IMG/VR virus record: IMGVR_UViG_3300018050_000923
DNA from: an uncultured virus (IMG/VR IMGVR_UViG_3300018050_000923)
Taxonomy: Duplodnaviria > Heunggongvirae > Uroviricota > Caudoviricetes
Length of the DNA stretch: 64,000 nt
Reading direction: 5' to 3' (one strand)
Below the pieces are notes generated by a model, which saw only the letters and a list, made by a program, of their open reading frames with translations, did no database searches and was not told the origin of the DNA. The position numbers were made by a program, and so were the translations under genes. Below are positions 18,170 to 28,200 of the stretch, piece after piece. Each line of letters opens with the position of its first letter. The stretch's first letter is position 1.

Positions 18170-18882
18170 TGTCAAAATCTAATAAAATAACTTTTATACC
18201 AAAAGATGAGTTTACATTTGAGTATGCTCCACTTCCAGAGCCTATGTCTAAAAACCTCCCATCTTGGTGGAGAAAAACAGAACCATTTGTAGGCGGAGAG
18301 CGCAAATTAATAAATGGACAATATAACGAAACAGTAAAAAAATGTCCAGGAATTCTTGATCAAATGGTAACTGGGTATATGTTAAAGTTTCCATGCGATA
18401 TTTATGTAGATGCTACTGGAGATGCTTTAGAGGTTCAGGTTCATCCAGTTCATAATGACACAGTAGGAAAACATAGCAGAGAACAAATAGAGGGATGGAC
18501 TTATGATAAAAATATATATGTTGATGATATTTTTAGAGTACACCCTATGTGGGTAATAGGAACACAAAAGGGATATAGCACGATGTTTGTTCATCCATCT
18601 TATCATGACGATCTACCCTTTGTTACAATTCCTGCTATAATAGATACAGATATGTATATTTCAGACGGACCATTTTCTTTACTAGTAAAGCGTGGCTTTA
18701 AAGGTACTATTGAAAAAGGAACTCCATTAGTTCAGTGTATACCATATAAAAGAGAAGAGTATAAATCTGAAATATTAGAAAAGCCAGACATGAAGGCTCT
18801 AGGGTCAATACCATATAAACTTAGGGCTAAATTCGGCGGAGCATACAAAAATTTCATGTGGGAAAAGAAGGTGTTTAAGTAA
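18169..18882 (+). CDS. Uncharacterised conserved protein (DUF6065-like by recollection)
   Basis: LPSWW..TVKKCPG..TGY..HPSYHDDLPF..IIDTD..KGTPLVQCIPYKRE. Confidence 0.65.
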   Translation: MSKSNKITFIPKDEFTFEYAPLPEPMSKNLPSWWRKTEPFVGGERKLINGQYNETVKKCPGILDQMVTGYMLKFPCDIYVDATGDALEVQVHPVHNDTVGKHSREQIEGWTYDKNIYVDDIFRVHPMWVIGTQKGYSTMFVHPSYHDDLPFVTIPAIIDTDMYISDGPFSLLVKRGFKGTIEKGTPLVQCIPYKREEYKSEILEKPDMKALGSIPYKLRAKFGGAYKNFMWEKKVFK

Positions 18883-19643
18883 TGTCTGATAAGATGGAGG
18901 ACAAGTATAAAGATGTTCCGCCAATGGAAGATCTGACTGCTCAATTTTGGGCATCAACAGCATATCAGATAACACCTCCACCAGTTCCAGCAATTGATAA
19001 TTTACCAGATTGGTGGAAAGATAGACCTCTATATCAAGTAACAGACGACATAAATAAACTAAGCGTAACTTGGAATAAAGGTGCAGATTCAGCAGCAATT
19101 AGTGTTAAACATTGTATGCCATTTTTTGATGCACTAACTATGGGATATCATTTACCATTAGCATGCGATGTTCATGTTAAGAAAACAGATAATCCAGATA
19201 AGCCAGAAATAACCTGGGATGACGATGCTCCACGTCCTATAGAAATGAGAGGACATATAGAGATTCCAGTACCTTCTGGATGTTACCCAATTCATTTTCT
19301 TTGGGATATGAGATGGGGATGTAAACTTCCAGATGGTTGGTCTTTAATGATTACTCATCCTACAAATAGATACGATCTTCCATTTTTTACTGTTACTGCA
19401 ATACAAGATTCAGACAGATGGTTTGGTGGAAATGTTGTAACATTCTTTTTAAGAAAAGATTTTGAAGGAACCATTCCTAAAGGAACCCCAATTATACAAT
19501 TTACTCCAATTAAAAGAGCAAATTGGACAATGGAGATAGATCATGATCTTCAGGCCGAAGGTCTTTGGGATGTAGAAAGAAAAAGAAATTATCTTTATGG
19601 ATTTTACAAGAAACACCGTTGGGTGAGAAAAAAATATAGATAG
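18882..19643 (+). CDS. Paralog of 18169..18882
   Basis: LPDWW..SVKHCMP..MGY..HPTNRYDLPF..QDSD..KGTPIIQFTPIKR. Confidence 0.65.
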   Translation: MSDKMEDKYKDVPPMEDLTAQFWASTAYQITPPPVPAIDNLPDWWKDRPLYQVTDDINKLSVTWNKGADSAAISVKHCMPFFDALTMGYHLPLACDVHVKKTDNPDKPEITWDDDAPRPIEMRGHIEIPVPSGCYPIHFLWDMRWGCKLPDGWSLMITHPTNRYDLPFFTVTAIQDSDRWFGGNVVTFFLRKDFEGTIPKGTPIIQFTPIKRANWTMEIDHDLQAEGLWDVERKRNYLYGFYKKHRWVRKKYR

Positions 19644-19651
19644 GAAAAAAT

Positions 19652-20314
19652 ATGGAAAACAGATCAAGTTATGGCGATGCATTTCAGCCTAGTACAAGTA
19701 AGTCTACAAAAGAACATAAATTCTTTGAGAGACAAATAGATATCAATAATTTAGATGCTCTTGAATCTCTTCTTTTATCTCAATACAAAAGAATAGAAAA
19801 TGGAGAAGTAGTTAAGCAAAAACTAAACGATCATACCCCATGGGATGATTCTGGAAGTATAACTACTATGAATTGGAACAAGTATAATGTTTTTCAGTTT
19901 TATGATCAAAACATTCATACACTGTTTCGTGCCGTAAAGGATATGACTGTAGATGCTTGTGAGCATTATGGACTTGATTTTGTTCAAGAACAATTTATGG
20001 TTCAGGGATGGTTTAATGTTAACTATAATCATATCGGAAAATTGGACTGGCACGAGCACGGAGGAGATGGTGCTCCTTACTTCCATGGATATTATTGCGT
20101 AAAGGCAGAACCATCAGTTACTCATTATCGTGTTTTTGAAAAAGAAATAGAAAACCACAATAGAAATAATCGTGCCATACTTTCTGAAACTGGGCATCCA
20201 CATGCTATGGGTGACTGGGACTGGGATGGTCCAAGAATAACTATAGCGTATGATGTTATTCCGCTAAGATATATTCCAAAGGAATGGGAGCAACACTGGA
20301 TCCCAATGGTGTGA
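19652..20314 (+). CDS. Putative 2OG-Fe(II)/cupin oxygenase
   Basis: GWFNVN..DWHEH..GYYCV..HPHAM..RITIAYD double-stranded beta-helix pattern. Confidence 0.65.
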   Translation: MENRSSYGDAFQPSTSKSTKEHKFFERQIDINNLDALESLLLSQYKRIENGEVVKQKLNDHTPWDDSGSITTMNWNKYNVFQFYDQNIHTLFRAVKDMTVDACEHYGLDFVQEQFMVQGWFNVNYNHIGKLDWHEHGGDGAPYFHGYYCVKAEPSVTHYRVFEKEIENHNRNNRAILSETGHPHAMGDWDWDGPRITIAYDVIPLRYIPKEWEQHWIPMV

Positions 20315-20315
20315 T

Positions 20316-20645
20316 ATGGAATATTTCCTAATTGCATTATTATTACTATTTTCTTTAGTTTTTAAAAAGTATTCTATTGATACAAAATTAACAATTAAAG
20401 AATTAGAAAAAGATAAAAACTATTTTAGAAATACACTATGGAATAGGCTTTATTATTTAAATAAAGATGCAAAATCTACAGATTTTAGATATCAAAACTT
20501 GAAAAAAAGAATTGATGTATTAATTAATGATATAGAAGATACTGATTTTTCAAATTTTGATGGAGATGCAAAATATGAATTAATAAATGCATTAAAAGAG
20601 ATAGATTTTTATGGAGATTCAAATGATTCAAATAAAAATAAATAA
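20316..20645 (+). CDS. Small protein with N-terminal membrane anchor
   Basis: FLIALLLLFSLVF. Confidence 0.5.
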   Translation: MEYFLIALLLLFSLVFKKYSIDTKLTIKELEKDKNYFRNTLWNRLYYLNKDAKSTDFRYQNLKKRIDVLINDIEDTDFSNFDGDAKYELINALKEIDFYGDSNDSNKNK

Positions 20646-20823
20646 GTCTTGCCAGGCTTGGGGACAGTGTGTTTTTGATGCTCCAGAAATATTCGATCTT
20701 GTAGATAGTGAAAGAAAAACATGGAAGTATAATGCTGATGATTCTATGTTAGAAAAAATATCTATCGCAGCATCACATTGTCCCAACAGAGCAATATCAT
20801 TTAAAAAGGTTGAAGATGAATAG
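20623..20823 (+). CDS. 3Fe-4S-type ferredoxin
   Basis: CQAWGQC...APEIF...AASHCPNRAI. Confidence 0.8.
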   Translation: MIQIKINKSCQAWGQCVFDAPEIFDLVDSERKTWKYNADDSMLEKISIAASHCPNRAISFKKVEDE

Positions 20824-20941
20824 TTTGATTTGTAAAATTAAGGGACATAAAGCAGATAAAAAAGAAACGACTTGTCCATTTACATTAAAAACCTATCAGG
20901 TGTGTGTAAGGTGCGGTATCAAAAGGGTTAAACCAGAATGA
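20816..20941 (+). CDS. 41-aa Cys/His zinc-binding-like protein (absent from ORF track)
   Basis: MNSLICKIKGHKADKKETTCPFTLKTYQVCVRCGIKRVKPE; overlaps both neighbours (ATGA coupling). Confidence 0.65.
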   Translation: MNSLICKIKGHKADKKETTCPFTLKTYQVCVRCGIKRVKPE

Positions 20942-22089
20942 AAATAGCAGCATACGGAATAGGTAAAAACGAAGAAAAAAATATACCAGGTTGGTTTGAA
21001 GGTATAAAAGATGCAGATTACGTTTTATATGTAGATACTGGATCAACGGATAAGAGTGTTGAGATAGCAAAATCTTTAGGAATTGATGTTAAGTTTTCTT
21101 ACTTTGACCCGTGGGATGAAACAATGGCTAAAAATGCTGCTCTTTCTTTTATACCATTGGACTTTGATTATTGCATTAACCTAGACATGGATCAACACAT
21201 GAAAAGCAAAGATTGGAAAGAAAAGATATTATTAGAAAATGGCGATTACGAAATAATGTCTTTTAACTTACACTCTTCTCACGGCTTAGCAGATTCTAAT
21301 GTAATTAAAAAATCATTTAAGATCCATAAAAGACAAGGACTTTTTTGGTTTGGATATAGACCAGAAATTAAAAAAATAGGATACAACATTGAAACTGCTT
21401 CTGCTAAAACCTTAGATATAGTGGTTTCTGACATTCCTGGAGATGAGGCTAGGTTTGAAAACAGGGATCCTTTGTATATTAAGTCGTATAAAAATTATGT
21501 AGGAAAATTAAAAAGATCTAGAAATAATGGCATTATGGTTCAGGCTTTAAATTCTTTAGCATTGTCATATTATGAAGTAGACGATAAAGAAAATTTTGAA
21601 AATGTTTATTATGAAATGCAAGAGTTTATATCAAAGGTAGAAGTTGAAAATGATGTAGAAATACCAGATCAGTATGCTGTTAATTTAGCATACACTTTAT
21701 TTAATCCTAATAAAACAATAGATATTTATAATAAGTTATATGGATCTTCAGAAATAAGTTCATATCAAAAATTTTATTTAGATTTAAGAAAAGCAATAAT
21801 TTATTATAAGAAAAAAGAATATCAAAGATTAGAAAAAATATTAAATTTGATTGATTCTGAAAAAACATTTTATGAAGGCAACGAAACCAGATGGGATTCA
21901 TATGCTTTATCAGAAACAGAAATAAACATAATAAAATATTTAAAAAATATAAAAGAAAACAAAAACAATCAAGAATATATAAATGAATTAGATAATCTGT
22001 GTCTTATTGTGTTTTCTAGCATAAATTGGGGCAAGTGGCACACTGATTTAGCACAAAAAAGTTTTGATTATTTTGAGGGGCTAATGTGA
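20938..22089 (+). CDS. GT2-family glycosyltransferase with helical C-terminus
   Basis: GKNEEKNI..VDTGSTDKS..KNAAL..NLDMD. Confidence 0.75.
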   Translation: MKIAAYGIGKNEEKNIPGWFEGIKDADYVLYVDTGSTDKSVEIAKSLGIDVKFSYFDPWDETMAKNAALSFIPLDFDYCINLDMDQHMKSKDWKEKILLENGDYEIMSFNLHSSHGLADSNVIKKSFKIHKRQGLFWFGYRPEIKKIGYNIETASAKTLDIVVSDIPGDEARFENRDPLYIKSYKNYVGKLKRSRNNGIMVQALNSLALSYYEVDDKENFENVYYEMQEFISKVEVENDVEIPDQYAVNLAYTLFNPNKTIDIYNKLYGSSEISSYQKFYLDLRKAIIYYKKKEYQRLEKILNLIDSEKTFYEGNETRWDSYALSETEINIIKYLKNIKENKNNQEYINELDNLCLIVFSSINWGKWHTDLAQKSFDYFEGLM

Positions 22090-23096
22090 ACACAGTAATG
22101 GTAACTGGCGTTGCTGGTTTAGTTGGAAGCAATATTGCTAAAAAATTAATATCAGAAGGATATAATATTGTAGGTGTAGACAATTTTATAGGTGGATATA
22201 GAGATAATGTTCCAGAAGGCGTTTTTCTTATTGAAAAAGATTGCAATGATTTAACAGAGACTGATTTTATTAATGTAGAAACTGTAGTTCATGCTGCATG
22301 TACACCGCATGAAGGTCTTTCTGTTTTTTCCCCAAAGTTTATAACAGATAATACATTTGGCATATCCATGAATGTTTTAAAATGCTCAATACAGTCTGGT
22401 GTTAAAAAGTTTATTTTTACATCAAGTATGGCAAGATACGGTTCTCAAGACATAGTTCCATTTACTGAAGATATGATCCCAAATCCACAAGATCCGTACG
22501 GTATAGCAAAAATTGCATTTGAAAATTCTCTTAAAATTCTTTCAGAAGTTCACGGTATAAAATATGTAGTATTAATTCCACACAATATTATTGGTCCTGG
22601 ACAAGTATATACAGATCCATTTAGAAATGTTGCAGGAATTATGATAAATAGAATGCTAAAAGGATTACAGCCAATAGTCTATGGTGATGGTACTCAAATG
22701 AGATGTTTTTCTGATATTAAAGATGTTGTGGATCCAATATACCATGCTGTAGTAAATGATACAGTAAATGGAGAAACCATAAATATTGGTCCAGATAAAA
22801 ACTATATAACTATTAATGAATTAGCACATACTATAGGAAAAATTATAGGGATGAATGTCGAACCAATATATCTTCCAAAAAGGCCTAAAGAGGTTAAGTT
22901 TGCTAATTGTTCTGCAGACAAAGCAAGAAGTTTATTAAATTATAACCCTGTAACAACTCTTGAATCAACAATTACTGATATGGTAAACTGGGTTAGAACA
23001 AGAGGTCCATTAGATTTTAATTATAATTTACCTGTTGAAATTGTAAATGAATTAACTCCAAAAACTTGGACAGATCAAAAAGTTTTTAATACATAA
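22086..23096 (+). CDS. NAD-dependent nucleotide-sugar epimerase/dehydratase
   Basis: VTGVAGLVGS, SSMARYG, YGIAK (YxxxK), YGDGTQMRCF. Confidence 0.9.
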   Translation: MNTVMVTGVAGLVGSNIAKKLISEGYNIVGVDNFIGGYRDNVPEGVFLIEKDCNDLTETDFINVETVVHAACTPHEGLSVFSPKFITDNTFGISMNVLKCSIQSGVKKFIFTSSMARYGSQDIVPFTEDMIPNPQDPYGIAKIAFENSLKILSEVHGIKYVVLIPHNIIGPGQVYTDPFRNVAGIMINRMLKGLQPIVYGDGTQMRCFSDIKDVVDPIYHAVVNDTVNGETINIGPDKNYITINELAHTIGKIIGMNVEPIYLPKRPKEVKFANCSADKARSLLNYNPVTTLESTITDMVNWVRTRGPLDFNYNLPVEIVNELTPKTWTDQKVFNT

Positions 23097-23144
23097 TGTG
23101 TAAACCTAAATAATAGCATTAGAGTTTTGTAAAAATAAAAACTC

Positions 23145-23153
23145 TGGTATACT
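23145..23153 (+). promoter_or_regulatory. Extended -10 promoter of nrdJ
   Basis: TGGTATACT; AAGGAG RBS downstream. Confidence 0.55.
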
Positions 23154-23185
23154 TTAGCAATAACAGTTTTTTAAGGAGCAAATCA

Positions 23186-25216
23186 ATGTCTGATTTTTTT
23201 AGTTTTCATTTATCTGAAGAGTTCGTAAATGAGTATAAAACAAAGGAAGCCCCGTTTGGTTTTACAGACGCAGGCGGTAATTCATTAGGAGAGATTACAT
23301 TTATTCGTACCTACTCCCGTATGAAAGAAGATGGAACTAAGGAAAGATGGTATGAGGTTTGCCGTAGAGTAATCGAGGGTATGTATTCAGCACAGAAGAA
23401 TCACGCTAAAGAAAACAGACTACCTTGGAATGACTACAAGGCTCAGGCTTCTGCAAAAGAAGCATTTGATCGTTTATTTAATTTAAAGTGGACTCCACCT
23501 GGACGAGGCTTATGGTCTTTTGGAACAGCATTAACAATGGAGAAAAAGAACTCTGCTGCACTTCAAAATTGTGCCATGGTTTCAACAAAAGATATTGACC
23601 GCAATGATCCAGGACAGTTATTTGGCTGGGTTATGGATGCATTAATGATGGGTGTTGGTGTAGGGTTTGATACTTTGGGCGGGGAGAAAAATCTTCCGAT
23701 TTATACTCCAACAGAACCAGAACAAGTATATGAAATCCCAGATACTCGTGAGGGTTGGGTAGAGTCTGTTCGATTATTAATTAATTCATTTTTAAAGCCT
23801 AATATGTATATCCAAGAGTTTAACTATGACCTTATTAGGCCATTAGGTGCCCCTATTAAGGGGTTTGGGGGCACTGCAAGCGGTCCTGCACCACTTATGC
23901 AGTTGCACAAGCAAATCAGGTCTGTAATAGGCGGTAGAGCAGGAGAAACCCTAGACTCAAGAGCAATCGTAGACATTGTAAACCTTATCGGTACTTGTGT
24001 AGTATCAGGAAATGTTAGACGATCCGCTACCTTGGCTTTAGGTGGAGCAGAAGATAAAAACTTTATGAATTTGAAGAACGCTGAGGTTTTTCCTGAGCGT
24101 AATTCATTTGATCCAGAAAATCCAGGTTGGGCATGGATGTCAAACAACTCCATTGCTGCGACGGTAGGTACAAAGTACGAAGACTACGTAGACCTAATCG
24201 TTAATAATGGAGAACCAGGATTTATCTGGCTTGATGTAGCACGTAACTATGGTCGTTTAGCAGATCCAAAAGATGGCAAAGACTATCGTGTTATGGGCTT
24301 CAATCCGTGTGCGGAGCAGCCATTGGAATCATACGAGTTATGTACACTTGTTGAAGTGCATTTAAATCGTCATGAATCTAAGGAAGACTTCCTGCGGACA
24401 CTCAAGTTTGCATATTTGTATGGAAAGACTGTTACATTAATTCCAACACACTGGCAACAGACAAACGGAATCATGCAGCGTAATCGTCGTATTGGTACAT
24501 CCCTAACAGGTATTGCATCCTTCTCAGACAAATTTGGCTTGCCTGTTGTGCGTGAATGGATGGACGAAGGCTACAAGACTATTCGTAAATATGATCATTC
24601 TTATTCTGAATGGTTATGCGTTCGTGAGTCCATTAGAGTCACAACTGTTAAGCCATCAGGGTCTGTATCAATTCTTTCTGGCGCAACGCCAGGAGTTCAC
24701 TGGGCACCAGGCGGAGATTATTTCTTGAGAGCAATTCGATTTGGGAATACCGACCCAATGATTCACTTATTCAAGGCTGCTGGATATAAGATGGAGGCTG
24801 ACCTTGTATCTGCGAATACAACTGTCGTTTATTTCCCAGTTCATTCTGGCCATCCAAGATCTGAAAAAGATGTTACATTATTTGAGAAGATTGCGCTTGC
24901 TGCTACTGCTCAGAAATACTGGTCAGATAATGGCGTTTCTGTAACGCTTTCATTTGACAAAGAAACTGAAGCAAAGCATGTAGCGCCTGCGCTTCATATG
25001 TACGAGGGACAACTAAAGGCTGTTTCATTCTTGCCGATGGGAAATCATACATATCCTCAACAACCATATACTCAAATAACTAAAGAAGAATACGATAGTT
25101 ATATTGGACAAATCAAAAAGATCGATTGGTCTGCTATTTACGACGGTGCCGAGAATTTAGAAGCACAAGGCGAAATGTACTGCACAACTGATGCCTGTGA
25201 AATAAAAATATCTTAG
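23186..25216 (+). CDS. nrdJ: Class II (B12-dependent) ribonucleotide reductase, monomeric type
   Basis: PPGRGLW, LQNC, GVGVGF, GNVRRSA, NPCAEQ, TTVKPSG, C-terminal CTTDAC. Confidence 0.92.
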   Translation: MSDFFSFHLSEEFVNEYKTKEAPFGFTDAGGNSLGEITFIRTYSRMKEDGTKERWYEVCRRVIEGMYSAQKNHAKENRLPWNDYKAQASAKEAFDRLFNLKWTPPGRGLWSFGTALTMEKKNSAALQNCAMVSTKDIDRNDPGQLFGWVMDALMMGVGVGFDTLGGEKNLPIYTPTEPEQVYEIPDTREGWVESVRLLINSFLKPNMYIQEFNYDLIRPLGAPIKGFGGTASGPAPLMQLHKQIRSVIGGRAGETLDSRAIVDIVNLIGTCVVSGNVRRSATLALGGAEDKNFMNLKNAEVFPERNSFDPENPGWAWMSNNSIAATVGTKYEDYVDLIVNNGEPGFIWLDVARNYGRLADPKDGKDYRVMGFNPCAEQPLESYELCTLVEVHLNRHESKEDFLRTLKFAYLYGKTVTLIPTHWQQTNGIMQRNRRIGTSLTGIASFSDKFGLPVVREWMDEGYKTIRKYDHSYSEWLCVRESIRVTTVKPSGSVSILSGATPGVHWAPGGDYFLRAIRFGNTDPMIHLFKAAGYKMEADLVSANTTVVYFPVHSGHPRSEKDVTLFEKIALAATAQKYWSDNGVSVTLSFDKETEAKHVAPALHMYEGQLKAVSFLPMGNHTYPQQPYTQITKEEYDSYIGQIKKIDWSAIYDGAENLEAQGEMYCTTDACEIKIS

Positions 25217-25236
25217 TATGATAAAATAGACTCATA

Positions 25237-28200
25237 ATGTCTAGTCCGTCAAATCTGTACGCAGAAAAAATATATGCAGAGCATCCACAGTTTTTGTGGG
25301 CACTCGATGATAAGGCTGACTATGTTTCTTTAATTTCAGAAGCACAAAGAGACACATCGGTTTGGGCTATTGACAATGGAATATCTGAAGAAACAGAAGA
25401 ACTACTTGATGCTCCATTTCCAGAAAGCATAATTAATAAAATAAAACCATCTTCAGTAATTGGAGAACTTTTTTCATCAACAATTGTTAGTCCAGATTTA
25501 ATTTCTATAAATGATATAAATTCTGCATTACAAACTTTTTCTATAGGCTCTTATTTTTATAATATTGGGCCATATGTATTAAGTATTGAAATAGGATATA
25601 GGTATTACGATGATGCCTTAGAGAACTATGTCGATGTTTTAAAATCCTATGACGCCTCAGTACAAGGTAGATGGTTTTTTATTTCAGAAACCTTTAGTCC
25701 AGAACAAACAAGTCTGCCTATAAAACTTGTTATTAAAATTAATTACTTTGGCCAGTCTGCAAATATTGATGACTATACATTGTATGTAAATGGAATTACA
25801 TTTGGTCAATGGTGTGAAGAGTTTCAGTCCACTTCCTTGGGTGTTAACACAATATCTTTGCCATCAAATATAGCACTAGATACATCTGATGTTGTAGAGG
25901 CAAAGGCATACGGATTAACAAATAACAGTGGATATTATTTTGTTAACAATAATTCTTTATCAGCAAAAAATTTTGGTATGCCAATGGTTTTTGGATCTCA
26001 GAATATTACAAAATTATATAACAATAATAATGCACCATCGATTATAATTCCTTCGGATGGCATGATGTCGGATGGAGGAAGATACAAAGATTTTACATTA
26101 GAATTTTGGTTAAGAACTAACAACGCATCTTCAGAAGCAAAAAGAATAGTTGGCGCTATATCTTCTGACGACGGCATTTACATAGATGGTCCATTTATAA
26201 TATTAAAAATAAACAAATCATATTCATCGTATTATGTAGGTCAATGGGAAAGGCCAATGCTTATACATTGGAGATATACAAATAATTTATCAACCATTCT
26301 TTTAAATGGAGAAGAAGTTATATCTTTAGCAATTGATAGTTCTTTAATTACATTGCCAGATTCTAAAAATACAGAAGACAAAGAGCAAGACTGGATAGGA
26401 TTCTATGCATACGAAAATATTGAGCCTATTGAGATTGACTGCATTGCTTTATATACATATTCAGTTCCATCTGTTGTTGCGAAACGTAGATTTGTTTATG
26501 GCCAAGGAGTCCAGTATCCAGAAAACCTAAATGCTTCATATGGTGGAAGTTCTGTTGTTTTTGATTATGCTTTTGCAGATTACACTAAAAATTATAACTA
26601 TCCAGACCTAGGATCTTGGTCTCAAGGATCGTTAGATAATGTCTTAGTAGAAGACAACTATATAACTTTTCAAAATTTTAATACTCCAGAAATTTTTATC
26701 AATAGTACCGAAAAAACAAAAGAACAAATGTTATTGGATTGTTCCACTATACAGAATGAAGATAGTTATTTTTTAAAATTAAGACCAACAGAAGATTGGG
26801 AAGGCATAAATTCATATTTATATTTTGATATATTTTCAACATTAAATCAACCAATTCATGCATTCTACGGATTATTTAAAAAACCATTAGAATACTCTGG
26901 ACCAGAAGTTTTAATTAGATTAGAGGATCAAAATTCAAACTATCTATCTATAGAGTGTGTAGGAAATGATATTAGGTATATATTTAAAAAAGACTCTAAC
27001 ATAAAAACCTTGTATGAAATGTTTTCAGTAGATAATACAGATGTTTTTGCTGTAGGAATTGAAATAGATGTATTTAGAGATTATTTTGGAGAAGAACTTT
27101 TATCATTTTTTAATAGTTCTGGATTAACCATGTATGTTGGAGGAACAAAAGAATTTACAAAAACCTTTACTGGAAATATTTATAAAGTAGCAGTTTGTTC
27201 TGAAAAAAATGTAAAGGATATTGCAAATTTATTTAATGAACTTGGAGTTCCAAAAGATTATGAAAATATATTTGATTTGTATGGTCCAAATATAGATTAT
27301 GACGGAGGAGATTCAGATCAAGAATTTTGGGACTATTACTTAAACTACGACACACAGTTTGATTTTAATGCATCAGAATTTTTAAATATTAGATTAGCAG
27401 ATCATGCCCCTAGTTTTGGAGTAATTCCAAAAGTTTATTTTAATAATTTCTACTTAGATGTCTATTCAAGCGGTTCTTGGAAAGACTATATTCCTCTTTC
27501 ATATTTTGGACAGTATGTAACAGACGAGTATGGTAAAAGTAAGTTTGGATTAGATTTTATTCAGTTCAACGTTAATTATCCAGCACCAACTAAATTTAAA
27601 GAAACAGAAGTAATAGATGAAGACGGTTGGACATATGCAGAGTTGTCTGAAGAATACTCGTACCCAGAACAAAGAACTTACGAGTCTTTAGATAATTATC
27701 TTTATACTGGATATGTAGATTATCAAGATTTATCAGAAAGATCACAAAAAACTTATTCGTATGACACTACTGGAGCAATATTAAAAACATATATTACTTT
27801 TGAATATTTAGAAAGTGGGGCAAATGCTTCAGATGGATATTTTATAAACACAAAAGATGTTCCAAAAAATGGTGTTATTTCTCCAGGAAGTGAATGGATA
27901 AATACTAAATATGAAGTTGTTGATAATGTATTAATATATCCTCCAAAAGGAGTTAACTTTAATGATTTAGCAATAGTTGTTCATCTTGACTTTGAGGTAG
28001 ACGGAATTTTACATAACCCGATTAAAGTTAAAAGTTTGCAATTAGCCTCTCAGGCATTTAATTATAATACTGCAAATAATATAGGTACTCGCTTTGGAAC
28101 TAATGTTTATCCTTATTTAAATAATGGTTACTATTTTAACTATAAATCAAAAAATCCATTTAGCATATATAAAGGATCTTCCCCCTACTTATATTTAACG

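Noticed and set aside
23100..23185. NrdR box or cobalamin riboswitch before nrdJ
   Set aside because: No adequate match to the NrdR consensus; leader far too short for a riboswitch
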